Made by a program: the position numbers and the translations under genes. A DNA stretch of 64,000 nt from Octopus vulgaris. Its lineage: Eukaryota. The notes beneath the pieces are model-generated. The model worked only from the letters and a program-made list of their open reading frames with translations, did not search any database and was not told where the DNA came from. Shown here piece after piece: positions 24,679 through 38,437 of this stretch (positions within the stretch are counted from its first letter, which is position 1; each line of letters begins with the position of its first letter). The DNA lies in the NCBI GenBank assembly GCA_951406725.2, contig OX597830.1, forward strand, positions 42,098,001-42,162,000. The letters run 5' to 3'.

Positions 24679-26240
24679 ACTCGTGACCTTTTATAGGGCA
24701 TCTAAGTTTGGTTGGTGGTGGTGGTGAGAGGAAGAAACTTTAACATACAAGTTGCTGCATTAGGAAAGAGTGCATCAGTGCATCCAGATATTAAGTTATC
24801 AATTATCAAACAAGAAACATGTTCTGAACGCATGCAATAAAATGATTTCTGCTAAAGACACCCAAGTGTCTGGTTATGTGATGGTGTGAAACAAGGTGAT
24901 GGACAAAGCCTACCACTAAACAGACTCGTGTAGTGCAGTCAGCATCATCAAAATCATTTAATGCCTGTTTTCCATGCTGGCATGGGTTGGATGATTTGAC
25001 AAGAGCTGGCAAGTCAGAAGACTACACCAAGCTCTACTGTCTGTTTTGGTATAAGATCTCTATGTGGTTGATGGCCTTACTAGAAATAGCAACTAAATCT
25101 CCATATTATACCCTAATGTCTATAAAAATAGTTTACACATTAAACACTGTAGTCTTGGATGTATGAAAAGTGCAATGGTTACAGCAGGAATCTCTGACCA
25201 CTTATCTGCTCGGTCATAGCTAGCCTGACACTCATCATTCACCACAATCCCTATAATGGAATAAAACACTCTAGCAAATTTCCACCCCCACCCCAACCCG
25301 ACTCAAAAAGAAAAAAAAAGTTACTCTCACTGAAACCCTTCCCACATCCTAATCTGCAGCTTCGTCCCTTGTTTAAGCCTAAGAAGGTTTAAAAAGTAAT
25401 AGGTATTGCTCTTCTGCAGACTAACAGATAACATGGAAGGATGTGATTTGGAGGCAATAGTTTGGTAACTATTTCTAGCAAGTTGAGTAACCCCATAGTG
25501 CAGTCATGGGTAACCTGCAGCCCACAGGAGTTTCAGAATGGTATGCAAAATATGAAATTGCCTTCAAAACAGTGCAGCCCATTTGATGAGGCACGTCTCA
25601 TGCAGCCCACTACTTGTAAAAGGCTGCCGTTGCCTCTCATAGAAGCTCTTTCATTGGCTACTTCGTTTATAACCATGTGTGCCAGGTGTAATAAATTGTT
25701 ATGTATCTTGTATAACGACAGACTAATAAAGATGCTAACACTTACATAAAAATACTTTTTCCAATAAGGTTAGAGTGTTCTTGTTGCTCCGCATTTATTT
25801 AATCTCTTGTGCTTATATTAAGTAAGAAACAAACAAAAACATACCTATATTCAAACAGTTACAATCAAACATACATACAAGCAAAGAAACAAATGGTTAG
25901 TAATAAACACGAGAGTGCTTCCACCAGAGTATAGCTATAATAAAGAAGTGAATTAATAAATTCTTTTAGTTCTCAAGTTAAAAATATTTTATTATTAATT
26001 TTATAATAAACTGATTGTTTTTTTTGTTTTATTTACATGGCTTTGTGGTTAACAGGTTTGCTACCCAACCTTGTTTTAGGCTTAGCCCCAAAGCATGGCA
26101 CCTAAAGTAAGGACTCTCTGTCAGGCCCTCAGGATGACCAATACTCTGTCGGTAGAAATGATAAACAGAAACTGTGCAAGAACTCATTGTGTGTGTATGT
26201 CTATGTATGTTTGGGTGTATGTGTGCGTGTATTTATAGTG

Positions 26241-26435
26241 TTTTTACTTGTTTCAGTCATTTGACTGCGGCCATGCTGGAGCATCGCATTTAGTCAAAAA
26301 GATTGCCCCCCTCAGGACTTATTCTTTGTAAGCCTAGTACTTATTCTATCAGTGTCTTCTGTTGAACTGCTAAGTTACGGGGACGTAAACACAACATCGG
26401 TTGTCAAGCAATGGTGGGGGACAAACAGACACACA

Positions 26436-26502
<67 letters not shown>

Positions 26503-26660
26503 AGCTTCTTTCAGTTGTCATCTACCAAATCCACTCACAAGGCTTTGGTCAGTCAGAGGATATAGTAGAAGACACTTGCCCAAGGTGCCATGCAGTGGGA
26601 CTGAACCCAGAACCAAGTGGTTGGGAAGCAAGCTTCTTATCACACACCCACTCCTGTGCA
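26241..26660 (-). mobile_element. SINE family B with an expanded internal (TA)n
   Basis: Reverse-complement match to 18444-18853. Confidence 0.85.
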
Positions 26661-29040
26661 TACACACACACACACACACACACATTAACAGATAAATAGA
26701 TATACATACACACAAAATACCTGAAGAAATACTCAGGTTAAACAAATTTTATTGTGTGACCTTATCCAGCTTATTAATTACAGAATTTTCTCAAATCTTT
26801 CCTCTTATCAGTCAAGTACAACTTTGACAAAATGACAAAATATTTTTAAGAAAATATAGAAAGAAAAGAAAAAAAAATTCACAGAGAAAAGAAAATGGGC
26901 CAAAATAGTTACATAGAATTCCTATACCAACTTTACCAGTTTGACATGGTCCTAATGGTTAGTAGCATTCAAAATTTGAGGTGTGTTAGAATGCGATATA
27001 TTTAGAATAAATAATTTTCTATACTTCGTCTTGACTTAATTATCATAATATACTTTTGTGTATGTTTTATATAAAACTAATAGGGATTAATTGAATTTGT
27101 ATTTATTTTCCTAAAAATATAGTGTTGCAGTAGGCGCCAAATATGGCTGTGTGGTTAAGAAGTTTGCTTTCCAACTATACAGCTTTGTGTTCAATCCCAA
27201 TGCATGGAACCATGGTCAAGTGTCTTCTTCTATAGTTCAGGGTTAAACAAACTCTTGTGAGTGGATTTGTTAAACAGAAATTGGAAAAAGCTTGTCATGT
27301 ATGTTTGTGTGTGTGTGTGTGTGGTGGTGGTGGTGAGAGATGACTGTGGTGGTATGGTCATATGATGCGTATCTATGGATGAGGACAGCTGTGTAAAAAA
27401 AAAAAAGTGATCTTTAGTTACGGAGGAAACTTGAGGAAGGATTGTTCCAAGAGGACATGGGACGAGGTGGTGATGAATGATCTTCAAAAGTTGGGTCTCA
27501 TGGAGGTAATGACAAGTGAAATCATAGTTTATGGCTAGTGCCACTGACACATAAAAGCACCTGTGCCAGTGACAGGTAAAAGGCACTACACTCTTGGAGT
27601 GGTTGGCGTCCAGCCATAGAAACCACGGCAAAAATCAGGCCGGCACCTGATACAGCTCTCTGGCTTACCAGGTGGTGATGATTGGGGGGAGGTGTTTGGG
27701 TCTCTTTTTCGGTGTTAATTATGAACAAGTATCATTCATTTCCAATCTTCCTTGGAAACATGTCTGGCCATAGGGAGATATTACTTTGCTTGGAAACAGG
27801 TGAGGGTTGGTGACAGGAAAGGTATCCAGCTGTAGAAAATTCGCCTCAGTGATTTCCATCTCACCAATGCAAGGATGGAAAAACTGGACTTCACAATGAT
27901 GATGGCGATTACAATGAGACATTTGGTGTTCAAGTTTTGTTGATCAACTCATAAAATCCCAATATCTGTTCAATCATCTTCGTCATTTTATGCCCACCCA
28001 ACCCCACTTATTGACAAGCACTAACTTTCTGACTTGTGAAAAGGAAGTGATTCTATTATCTCATCAATTGGTTATCTACTGCTGCAGGGACACTAAGATA
28101 GCAAAGTAAATGTTGTTGTTGTTGGTGGTTCCTTCTGGAGCCAGAACTGGCTCTTATGAGCCAGTTTCTCAGTTTCATTGGTGTATAGGTTTCTCAACTA
28201 GACAGGGCACCAGTCTGTCACAGGTGAGCTGCTAGATGCAAGAGGAAAGAGTGAGAGAAAGTTGTAGCGAAAGAGTCAGCAGAAGTTCGCCATTACCTTC
28301 TGCTGGAGCCACATGGAGCTTAGGTTTTTCTTTCATAAACACACATTGCCTGGTCTGAGATTCGAACCTACAATCCCTCGACTGTAAGTCTGCTGCTCTA
28401 ACCACTAGGCCATGTGCCTCCACATCAAATACTTTGTGGTATTTAAAACAACAGATGATTCATCATAAAAATATTAGCCCCATGGCTCAGACGAAATTTA
28501 TTGAGGCAGACTTTTTTACAGTTGGATGCTCTTCCTGTTGTCCTTCCTATGACCAAACATGTTTTCATGGAAGATTGGAAACAAAGAACAATACTTGTAT
28601 GATGGGTATGCTTGTTTACAGCTATCGCATATGATGTCAAGGCAAGAAGACACAAATACATACTAAAGCACACACACCTACATACACTTATACACACACT
28701 CACATGATGGGCTTCTTACAGTTTCCACCACAATGCCTTGGTCAGCCTGGAGCTATAGTAGAAGACACTTGGCTGAGGTGTCACACAATAGGATGGAACC
28801 TGAAACTACACAGTTGGAAAACAACCAGCTATTCCTGCACTTATGACTGAATCAAAATATTAAAGAACTTATTCATGAACAACATTGATCAAGAACCCAG
28901 ATGATTGAATGACCATTTGTATATTGTGAGTTCTATAAAACCATATTTTGTTCAATTTCAATGACTAGCAACCAGGGTTAGAGAGTCAAAACAAAAAACT
29001 TCACTGATACCTCTTTATGTAATCAAGTAATTGTGGTCTA

Positions 29041-29296
29041 CAGTGGCGGACTGGGTCTAAAAATATTGGTTGCTAGGAGACCAAGGGGGCCCACCCACAA
29101 CTACAATGCTATCATTTAATTTTTTTTTTGTTAAAAGTATTCATTTCAACTGTCTACAAACACAGCCATGAAATGATTAATGCATTCTTCCAGGAGTGAA
29201 TAAAAAATTCTCAAACTTGAGGGGATGGGCCCCTTAGATACTAACATGGGCCCACTTGCCGTCAGGCAAGCTGGCAACCCAGCCACTTTACCACTG
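29041..29296. mobile_element. hAT-type MITE
   Basis: Termini CAGTGGCGGACTGG / CCACTTTACCACTG. 8-bp TSD GTGGTCTA (29033-29040) versus GTAGTCTA (29297-29304). Confidence 0.75.
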
Positions 29297-29329
29297 GTAG
29301 TCTACACATCTCGTAAAGCATATGCATAC

Positions 29330-29470
29330 GGTTGTACTTTGAGTAGGCCTATATGTTATAACTGGTTTATATTAAAGAATAAAGATATTGTGAGTCGGAG
29401 AGGGAGTCAGTATAGTTTTACCGACTCCGACTCCAGCCACCCCTTAATTGTTTCCAACTCCACAGTCCTG
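29330..29470 (-). mobile_element. Fragment of a (GGAGTC)-repeat-bearing TIR element; a longer copy lies at 54989-55236
   Basis: TATGTTATAACTGGTTTATATTAAAGAATAAAGATATTGTGAGTCG is the reverse complement of about 55073-55118. Terminus CTCCACAGTCCTG. Confidence 0.7.
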
Positions 29471-29943
29471 CTAGCAACACTAGAGATGGAATAACATTGG
29501 TAATAAAAGTTTTGAGTGGGCCAAGAACTTTAGGGGGATTCACCCACAGGCAACCCTTTTAAATATTTGCTTTTCTTTTATTCTTACTTGTTTCAGTTAT
29601 TAGACTATGGCCATGCTGGGGGCAACGCCTTGAAGAATTTTTAATCAAACACATCGGCCCCAGTACTTTTGTTTTAAAGCTTGGTACTTACTTATTCTAT
29701 CAGTCACTTTTACAGAACTAAGTTACGGGGATGTAAACACACCAACACTGGTTGTCAAGCAAGTACACACACACACACAGAAACACATATATAGTGGGCT
29801 TCTTTTAGTTTTGGTCAGCCTGAGGCTACTGTAGAAGACACTTGCCCAAGGTACCACGCAGTAGGACTGAACCCAGAACCATGTGGTTGGGAAGCAAACT
29901 TCTTATCACACAGCCATGCCTGCGCCTATAAATATATATATAA

Positions 29944-30017
<74 letters not shown>

Positions 30018-30349
30018 AAAATAAAATCAACATTACAAGCTGAAGGGAAAGTAAATGGTAAAATACACTTCCGCTTCAGACTATCAGCTTGCACCAATTA
30101 CCATTATGGCAGGGTAGGGTGGCAGTGATATGGTCTACTTGCTGAAATGCTGATTCATGGTGAAGGTAAAGTTTCTCTTACAAAAATAAAATGATGTTAA
30201 CTTCATGCCTTCTTTTTCATTTTTCTTTTCTCTCTTTCTATCAGAGATTCACCATTGAAACTCTAGTATAGAAGAGTACAAACTATCCCATGAGTATCCA
30301 GTGCAGATGAGTATGTATATATATATATATATTATTATTATTATTATTA

Positions 30350-30478
30350 TATGTAGAAAAATACAAACTGGGACAAGAACGCAAAACACTTAGAAGACGA
30401 TACAAAAAACACGGATGGGACATTCGAAGCCCTCAATCTTCAGTCAAGAACCGGATCATCGTAGCAATTTCGGCTGAT
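30350..30478 (-). mobile_element. CpG-rich Penelope-like terminal fragment embedded in (TA)n/(TTA)n
   Basis: Minus strand reads ATATCAGCCGAAATTGC...CTGAAGATTGAGGGCTTCGAATGTC (hammerhead-like half motifs), with microsatellite on both sides. Confidence 0.4.
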
Positions 30479-31976
30479 ATATATATATATATATATACAC
30501 ATACACACACACACACACACATATACACATGTATATTTATATGTATGCTTGTATGTGTGTGTGTGTGTATATATATATATAAAGCAACATGTGATGAACA
30601 TCATATCCACTGGATACTAAGTATAAGCCACCATATTGGTATCTGTTAACGAAGATTACAAACTCTTGCCTTATGCCTTATATTGTTAATGTAATTTCTT
30701 TACAATAACTTCCTGTATTTTGTAATAAATAAATAAACAAACACATAGATAAATTATGATAATTACAATTTGGATTTCTAAATTTGGCAGAAGGCCACAC
30801 ACACACACATATATATATATATATTTGCAAAGCCATGTAGTGGTGTGAATTAACTCTGCGAAAACCACTGATAGAGTTATGCTATTAACTCCGAAAACAA
30901 AATGAAAAATGAAGTTGACCTGTCTGGGGTTTGAACTCAAATCATAAATTCAATATCACAAAGAATTTAGGAGCTCTTAAGTCCAGAGCAACATTGAGAA
31001 AATAAAGCTGTAAAAGTATTCTAAATGAGAAATGATTGATTGGTTTGTTTTGTTTTGTTTTTATTTTCAGAAAAGAGGAAAATACAAAATAAAAAAATAT
31101 AAGACCAAAAAAAGAAAGAAAATCCAGTTTAATTAGTTCAAATTTGTTGCAGTCCATAATGATCTAAAAATGATCATTCTGGAACAATAAAAAGACAAAA
31201 AATTTTCTAATGAGAAACAAGTAAAAATAAAGCATGTATTTTAAGATTAAAAGGATTTGCCAATCTAAAATTTCTTTTGAGAGTGCAGATTTTCAGTGTT
31301 TCACACATACTAAGACACACGCACAAATAAACATACACGAATGCGCACACACAAATACAGATACATTTGAGAGGGAAGTGAACTAATTAACGATTTTTAT
31401 TCGAAGGGAGGGGGCGTCAGAATTAATCAACCTCCTCCTGTCACACTTGAATGGTACTTATATTTTACCAGTGGTAGGTGAAAGGCAAAGTCAACCTCAG
31501 TAGGGTTTTAAATCATCATCATCCTCATCATCAGTTACTGTCCACTCTTCCATGCTTGCATGGGTGAGACAGAATTTGTTGCGACAGACTTCTCTATGGT
31601 TGGATGTCCCTGCCATTGCAAATTCTCACCTGTTTCCAAGCAAGGTAATATGTCCCCATGGCCAGATATGCTTTGCATAGACGAAAGGAACTGAGCAGCA
31701 TCATTTGTATGATGGCGATGTTTATTTGCACCAAATGATGTCTGGCCAAGGGTACACACACACAACAAGTTTTAGTTTCCTCATCGTCATCATTTAACAC
31801 CTGTTTTCCATCCCGCCATGAATTGGATGGTTTGGTAGGAGGTGACAAGGTCAGGAGCTGTAACGGGCTCTGTTGTCTCTCAACAACGAAGATGGAAGAA
31901 GTTTTCAAGCAGAAGACCAGAAACTTCAGTTATAACTGAAGCTTTTTCTTTACTCCACATTGTTTATAATCTAGAT

Positions 31977-32271
31977 CAGTGCTTCCCAAACTTTTCTGGG
32001 CTGCACACCCGCTTGGCACCCAGGCCACATTCCTAGCACCCGGCCCCCATCACCACAAACATAGACTACTTTCTGCAGCAAATTCAAAACAACCGTATTT
32101 CACAAATAAAACTTAACCTAATGATCACATCATTCTGGCGGTTCTTTTAATAACATCCATCACCCCTCTTTTGGCCACCCCATTATAACCCCATTTTTCT
32201 CCAATGCCTCGCCCCCCCGGATCTCCCTACTTCCTCCAAGGGGGCAGTACTGCCTACTTTGGTAACCACTG
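31977..32271. mobile_element. hAT-Charlie-like MITE
   Basis: TIRs CAGTGCTTCCCAAACT / ACTTTGGTAACCACTG. 8-bp TSD ATCTAGAT versus ATACAGAT, matching the NTCTAGAN preference of Charlie elements. Confidence 0.75.
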
Positions 32272-33465
32272 ATACAGATTTATATATAATCAATGCAAAG
32301 AGTAGGACTTTGGTGATGGAGGTGGCAGTAGTAGCAATGAGTTCAATCCCAATTGACTGCAGTCTTGGATGAACTGTGTTCACCACAAACCAAGCTGAGC
32401 CAACAAGAAAGCACCTACATGGTCACACAACCGGCTTGAAATAGTAGCCTAAGATCTTCCAGCTTACAATCTGCCATCTTTGAAAAAACAATGGCAACAA
32501 AAAAAAAAACAACTACATTGAATAAAATATAGTCTAGGATGCACTATGCCTAGAATAGAAATGTTGGTATGGTCAGGACTGGAATGTCTTTGACCATCAT
32601 CAGCCTGTTCAGTCAGGGCTGACTTATTGCTAAAGAATGATTACAACACAAATCAAGGCAGATATATTGGCTGTAAGGTTCGAGGTAATTAACCTCCCAC
32701 TATATGTATTACAATCAAGAGGTACATTGGCTGTAAGATTAAGGGAGTACTTAGGGTACCACTACATGTATTACAACCTTTCTCTTGTGACCCCTGAGCA
32801 AAACACATAACTCTACTTGTCTCCATCTGCTTGACTAAATAACAATTTCCAAAGTTCTTCTTCACAGTCGACTTGTTAAGCATGGTTAGCGCTAATAGAA
32901 GGCATCCGTCTGTAAGAAACCACAGCGCCAACAAAAACCATTCCGCTCGCACTAGAGTCATGGGAAAACAAAACTGACAAAATAATAATAAAAGCAAAAA
33001 CGAAAATGCACATACGCACACATGCAAAAACCTCATGTAATAACGAGCATGAGCAATTCGTTTCCTCTTATGTTTTTTCCCCGTCTCATTTTACTAATTT
33101 TGATTAGAATCCATAAAGAAAATTTTATTTCCTTTTCCATTTCACACTAAAGGAAAAATTGTAGAAGACAAGCATGGAGGGGGTGAGGAGGGATTTAAAA
33201 GCACCTGAGTTCATGAAACGGATTCAGAAAGGCTTCACTCAAGAAATGTAGCTACAGCATCATTAATATTCTCAACCTGTTGGCAATATAATTAGAATTT
33301 TACAAGATAATTAATCATACACCATTGTTAACTTGCTGATTTGAATAATAATAAAACTGATTTTTATATCTGCTTGGACAAAACTTTTTTTTTTATATTT
33401 TGAAATTAAAAGAAGAAATGTAAAGAATAAAAGCACTTTCGTTTTATAATATGCATATAAGAATA

Positions 33466-33511
<46 letters not shown>

Positions 33512-33555
33512 CATCATCATCGTTTAATGTCCGCCTTCCATGCTAGCATGGGTCG

Positions 33556-33593
<38 letters not shown>

Positions 33594-34351
33594 TTGGCAC
33601 TCTGTTGGTTACGATAATGAGTCTTGCAGTTGATCCAATCAATGGAACAGCCTGTTTATGAAATTAACGTGCAAGTGGTTGAGTACACCACAGACAATGT
33701 ACCCTTAATGTAGCTTTCAGGATGACTCGTCGTGACACAGAATGCAACATGGCTAGCCCTTTGAAATACAGGCACTACACATTTTTACCAGCTGAATGGA
33801 TAGGAGCAACGTGAAATAAAGTATCTTGCAAAAGGACATGAGTGTGCCACTGTGAACTGAACTCACAACCATATGATTGTGAGCTGAATACCCTATCCAC
33901 TAAGCCACAGGCCTTCACACACACACACATACATACACAAATATATAACATATAAACATAAATACATATAGATACACACATATATATATACATACATATA
34001 TACACACATATATATACAAATATATACATACACACACACACATTTATACATACACATATATATGAGTGGCTGTGTGATAAGAAAAATCTCATTTGCCTTC
34101 CTCGTTTTTACATTTTGGCGTTTTGCTGAGATTTTTCTTGAGAACACATTCTTTGTGGTAATGACGATTTGACAATTATGTTTAGCATATTAGGTGCCCA
34201 CTTTAGTGGTTATTCCTCTTAAATTTGTATATAACACAATTTTTAATCTTCGGATTTTTTAAATATGCTAAGCCACTGGTTTTAATTGATTAATATCAAT
34301 TTCTATCCTTATTTAATGTGTGTGTGTTTATATATATATATATATATATAT

Positions 34352-34551
34352 ATAAAGTTAATCCAAACATGAAAACACAACAACGCGAGAACGTGGAACA
34401 AGTATAGTATTATTGGACGCTCAGGAAAGAAGGAGGTTTAATGTTTCGAGCGGAGCTCTTCATCAGAAACATAGGAAAAGGAAAGATCCAAAGAAGGGAA
34501 GGCGGAGGAAGAAAACAAATCACCAACGGTACACACGCGGTCACATTTTGA

Positions 34552-34553
<2 letters not shown>
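34352..34553 (-). mobile_element. Penelope-like terminal fragment inserted in (TA)n
   Basis: CpG-rich 200 bp between two (TA)n arrays, containing a minimal hammerhead motif. Confidence 0.6.
34436..34470 (-). ncRNA. Minimal type I hammerhead ribozyme motif (one inactivating-type substitution in stem III)
   Basis: Minus strand: GUUU CUGAUGA A GAGC UCC GCUC GAA ACAU U AAAC. Stem I GUUU/AAAC, stem II GAGC/GCUC, stem III ACAU (inferred ancestral palindrome ACGU). Confidence 0.6.
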
Positions 34554-34599
<46 letters not shown>

Positions 34600-35084
34600 G
34601 TTGCAAAACCTGACTCAGAACCTTATAGTGATGCAAATGTTGAGAATGGTGCAGTTACCAAATGGTATTTATGAGATCTGTAAAGTCCACTCAGAAGGCC
34701 ACCAAGATGATGGAAAGATTTAGTTACCAAATTTGAACCAAGATGAAACAGAATGGTACAAGAAAGAATTGGAAGTGCACTGTGACCAGTGATATTTAAT
34801 AATATCCAAGAGGCTTGTCATACTCATATATAATTACTATTTTTATTGCTTTCCAGTTCCACTCAATCACACCCATGTTTCTCTTCTAAAAACATCAAGT
34901 ACACACTGTAAGGTTGTTGGCATTTAGAAGGGCATCAAGCTGTAGGACCCATGCCAAAGTAGGTAGTTGAGTACAATGCAGTCCTTAGGTTCACTGGATT
35001 ATATCATTCCATCCAATCCAGTATGGAACATGGACATTAAATTATGATGATGATGTATACTCATATATATATATATTATATACA

Positions 35085-35250
35085 CCGTATTTTAATGTGC
35101 ATAAGTAACCCTCTAATTTTTGTGGCTTAAAATTTGGGAAAAAGTTTTTGTAAGAGATTATAATACTATCCATGTATAAGAAACGCCCATATTTTTTTAA
35201 CCTAATTTTTGACAAAAAAAAAGGGTTCCTTTATACATGTTAAAATACAG
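35085..35250. mobile_element. Tc1/mariner-superfamily (pogo/Tc2-like) MITE
   Basis: Imperfect TIRs CCGTATTTTAATGTGCATAAG / CTTTATACATGTTAAAATACAG. Confidence 0.55.
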
Positions 35251-35807
35251 TGTGTGTGTGTGTATGAGTATATGAAAAGGATGAAGAGAAAGAGCTATGG
35301 AGTGATGACAAGCACTTCTACCAAGATAAGTTGGGAATGCATGTTTGAGGTGTGGATGAGCCATCTTGCCTGACCCTTTTTACTTGGGATTTCAGACCAA
35401 CAAGGAATAGACTCAACCACAAACAAACTCGTCCTTGACACACAACTTGAGGACAAAAGTGCTGATGGTCACTCAGCAAGCTATTAAGGACCAGTAGATA
35501 AAACCATACACAGCTACACACACACTCACCTGTCCACAGGCCCTACACAACCATCATAATTCTTTAGTATATTACACTGTCTATTCAGCCACATTGGAAT
35601 GGTGGAAGACAGAGGATGCCCAACTATATAAGTATAAAGCTGCAGTTCTCTAAGAAATCTCTAACATTGTGCAAAACCATCTATTGAATTCTTATCTTTC
35701 CATTTATCACACACACACATACACTAGCACATTCACACATATTAGTTAAAATATAGTGAGGCAGAGAGAGAAAGAGAGAGGTCATAGTTAAATAAATAAA
35801 GATATAT

Positions 35808-35851
<44 letters not shown>

Positions 35852-36158
35852 GTTGTTAGGTTGGTAGAGAGACAGACAAATAGATAGATAGATAGATAGA
35901 TAGAGATTAGTTTAGGTAGGTAGATAGAAAATTAGATAGATAAGTAGAAAGATATTTTCAAAGAGTTTTCTATCAAAAGTACTAATTTTTGAATCTAATT
36001 CTCTTTGGGGACACTTAATAAATTTAGAGTTCCCCGAAGAGGATCTATTAGATTTAATACATCAGAACATATGTAAGACATTCATTGAAAATAAAAATAG
36101 TATTCTATGAAAAGAGTTCTTTACTGCTTAACAGTTCTTAATCTACGGATTAAGATAA

Positions 36159-36207
<49 letters not shown>

Positions 36208-36764
36208 AAACTGATGGTTCAGTCTGTTGTATCTCAGTTTCTTGAGAGTAATCTTTCAGGTGACAAAAAGATACATCAACACAAATCATGTCAAGAGAGA
36301 TGACATGTGATGAGAAAACTCTGAGTAATGATGAAGTTAATTACCATTCTGGAACAAATTCTTTTATTTGTTTCAGTCATGCTGGAGCACCACCCTAAGT
36401 AAATTATACATGTATTGTGTGCTTTTTTTAAACCCTGTTTATTCATCTGAACACACACAGAATAGATTCACTTTGTTGGAGCAAAAAGGGTCAAAATATT
36501 TTCAGTTGCATAAAGGGCCTAATAAGGTGTGTTCAACAGATCTTTGTTAACCTTCATTGGATGTAATTAAGTTATTTAGACAAGAGTCTATATATAAAGC
36601 CAACTTAACAGAATGTTTGTTTTTTAGTGAGGCATAATCCTTCAGCCTGACTAGAAGAATAGTAACTATTGGGGAAGGGGAAGGAAAAACTGACTCAGAT
36701 AGGGAGAACTCATCCAACCCATGCTCGGATGGAAATTAGACATAAAAATGATGACAATATTTAT

Positions 36765-37122
36765 GTGTGTGTTAGCCAGCGTCGCCTTACTGGTACATGT
36801 GTTGGTGGCATGTAAACAACAACATTTGAGTGTGGTCGTTGCCAGTGCCACCGGACTGGCTTTCATGCAGGTAGCACGTAAAAACACCTTTTCAGCGCGA
36901 GCATGGTCATTGCCAGAACCAGCTGACTGGCCCTTGTGCCAGTGGCACGTAAAAAGCAGCCAATACACTCGCGGAGTGGTTAGCGTTAGGGAGGGCATCC
37001 AGCTGTAGAAACTTTGCCAGCCCAGATTGAACCTGGTGCAGCTTCTGGCTCACCAGTCCTCAGTCAAACATCCAACCCATGCCAGCACGGAAAGTGGACA
37101 TTAAACAATGATGATGATGATG
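36765..37122 (+). mobile_element. Family C repeat (SINE 3' module ending in (GAT)n) with internal tandem GTGGCACGTAAAA units
   Basis: GGCATCCAGCTGTAGAAAC...CCAACCCATGCCAGCACGGAAAGTGGACATTAAACAATGATGATG. Copies at about 42915-43098, 43587-43732, 58307-58457, 5780-5960(-) and 24945-25075(-). Confidence 0.8.
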
Positions 37123-37414
37123 CATTTTAAATATTATCCATTTTCCATGCTAACATAGCTTAAACATATCAACAGCATAAAATATTGGCTTCAAAATTTT
37201 GGCACAAGGCCAGCAGGCGTGGGGGGGGGAGTCAATTACATTGACCCCAGTGCTTGACTGGTACTTATTTTATTGTTGAAAGGCAAAGTCGCCCCTGGTG
37301 GCATTTGAACTCAGGAAGTGAAGTTGCAAGAAACGTCGCTAAGCTTTTTTCTCGATGTGATAATGATTCTGTCAGCTGGCCACCATAATCTACAATACAA
37401 AATACTGACACTTG

Positions 37415-37900
37415 TTACAGGCCATTTTGTCATCTAACCCATTAAGGTCCAGCACCTTCAGATCTGACCTCACCAATTTTTCCCATGACCTTATCTTCAA
37501 TCTGCAACAACAGAACAAGATCACTTTTCGACAATGCAATCACCGTCCACTCACATCAGATGACCACACCTCACAACCCTCCTGCAGGCAAACATTAAAC
37601 GATGCCTTTAATCTACACTTGTTCTCTCAGCTCATCTTTTATCTGCTTCTTATGCAGATTAATGCAACATCATCAACATAACATACTCAGCTCATCTCTT
37701 TCCAACCTCTGTAGATCATCTGTATTCAACACCAACATAGCAATACTATGCAGCATCTTTCATCTCTAAGCCATACTTCATGCAATCTGCCTTTCACATG
37801 GATAAAGAAACTCCTTGCCATCAACAAACATCACTAATACCTCCACTTAATCCACCCCTCTTCTGACAATGTTGTTACTGCATCTTACACCAGTATCAGT
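37415..37900 (-). pseudogene. Decayed RTE-clade LINE ORF, C-terminal part
   Basis: Minus-strand fragments HVKGRL, DELRE, GHLM and SWEKLVRSDLKVLDL occur in the order expected for an RTE RT C-terminus, with many frameshifts. Confidence 0.6.
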
Positions 37901-38059
37901 TAATGAGGTAACAGAAATTATCCACAACTTATGAGCAACCCATTTAAGTAAATATGGACTCCTCCTGATAATTATTTCTTCATTAAATATAAATAGATCT
38001 TATTACCAAACTGAAGCTATGCAGTTGTTCTCTCTTATACATAATATATCACACATGCC

Positions 38060-38437
38060 ATAGGCGCAGGAGTGGCCACATGGTTCCGGGTTCAGTCCCA
38101 CTGAGTGGCATCTTGGGCAAGTGTCTTCTGCTATAGCCTTGGGCTGACCAAAGCCTTGTGAGTGGATTTGGTAGACGGAAACTGAAAGAAGCCAGTCGTA
38201 TATATGTATATATATATGTGTGTGTATATATGTTTGTCCCTCTAGCATTGCTTGACAACTGATGCTGGTGTGTTTACATCCCCATCACTTAGCAGTTCAG
38301 CAAAAGAGACCGACAGAATAAGTACTGGGCTTATAAAGAATAAGTCCTGGGGTCGATTTGCTAGACTAAAGGCAGTGCTCCAGCATGGCCGCAGTCAAAT
38401 GACTGAAACAAGTAAAAGAGTAAAGAGTAAAAGAGAG
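38060..38437 (+). mobile_element. SINE family B with an internal deletion in the tRNA head
   Basis: High similarity to 18444-18853. Confidence 0.9.
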
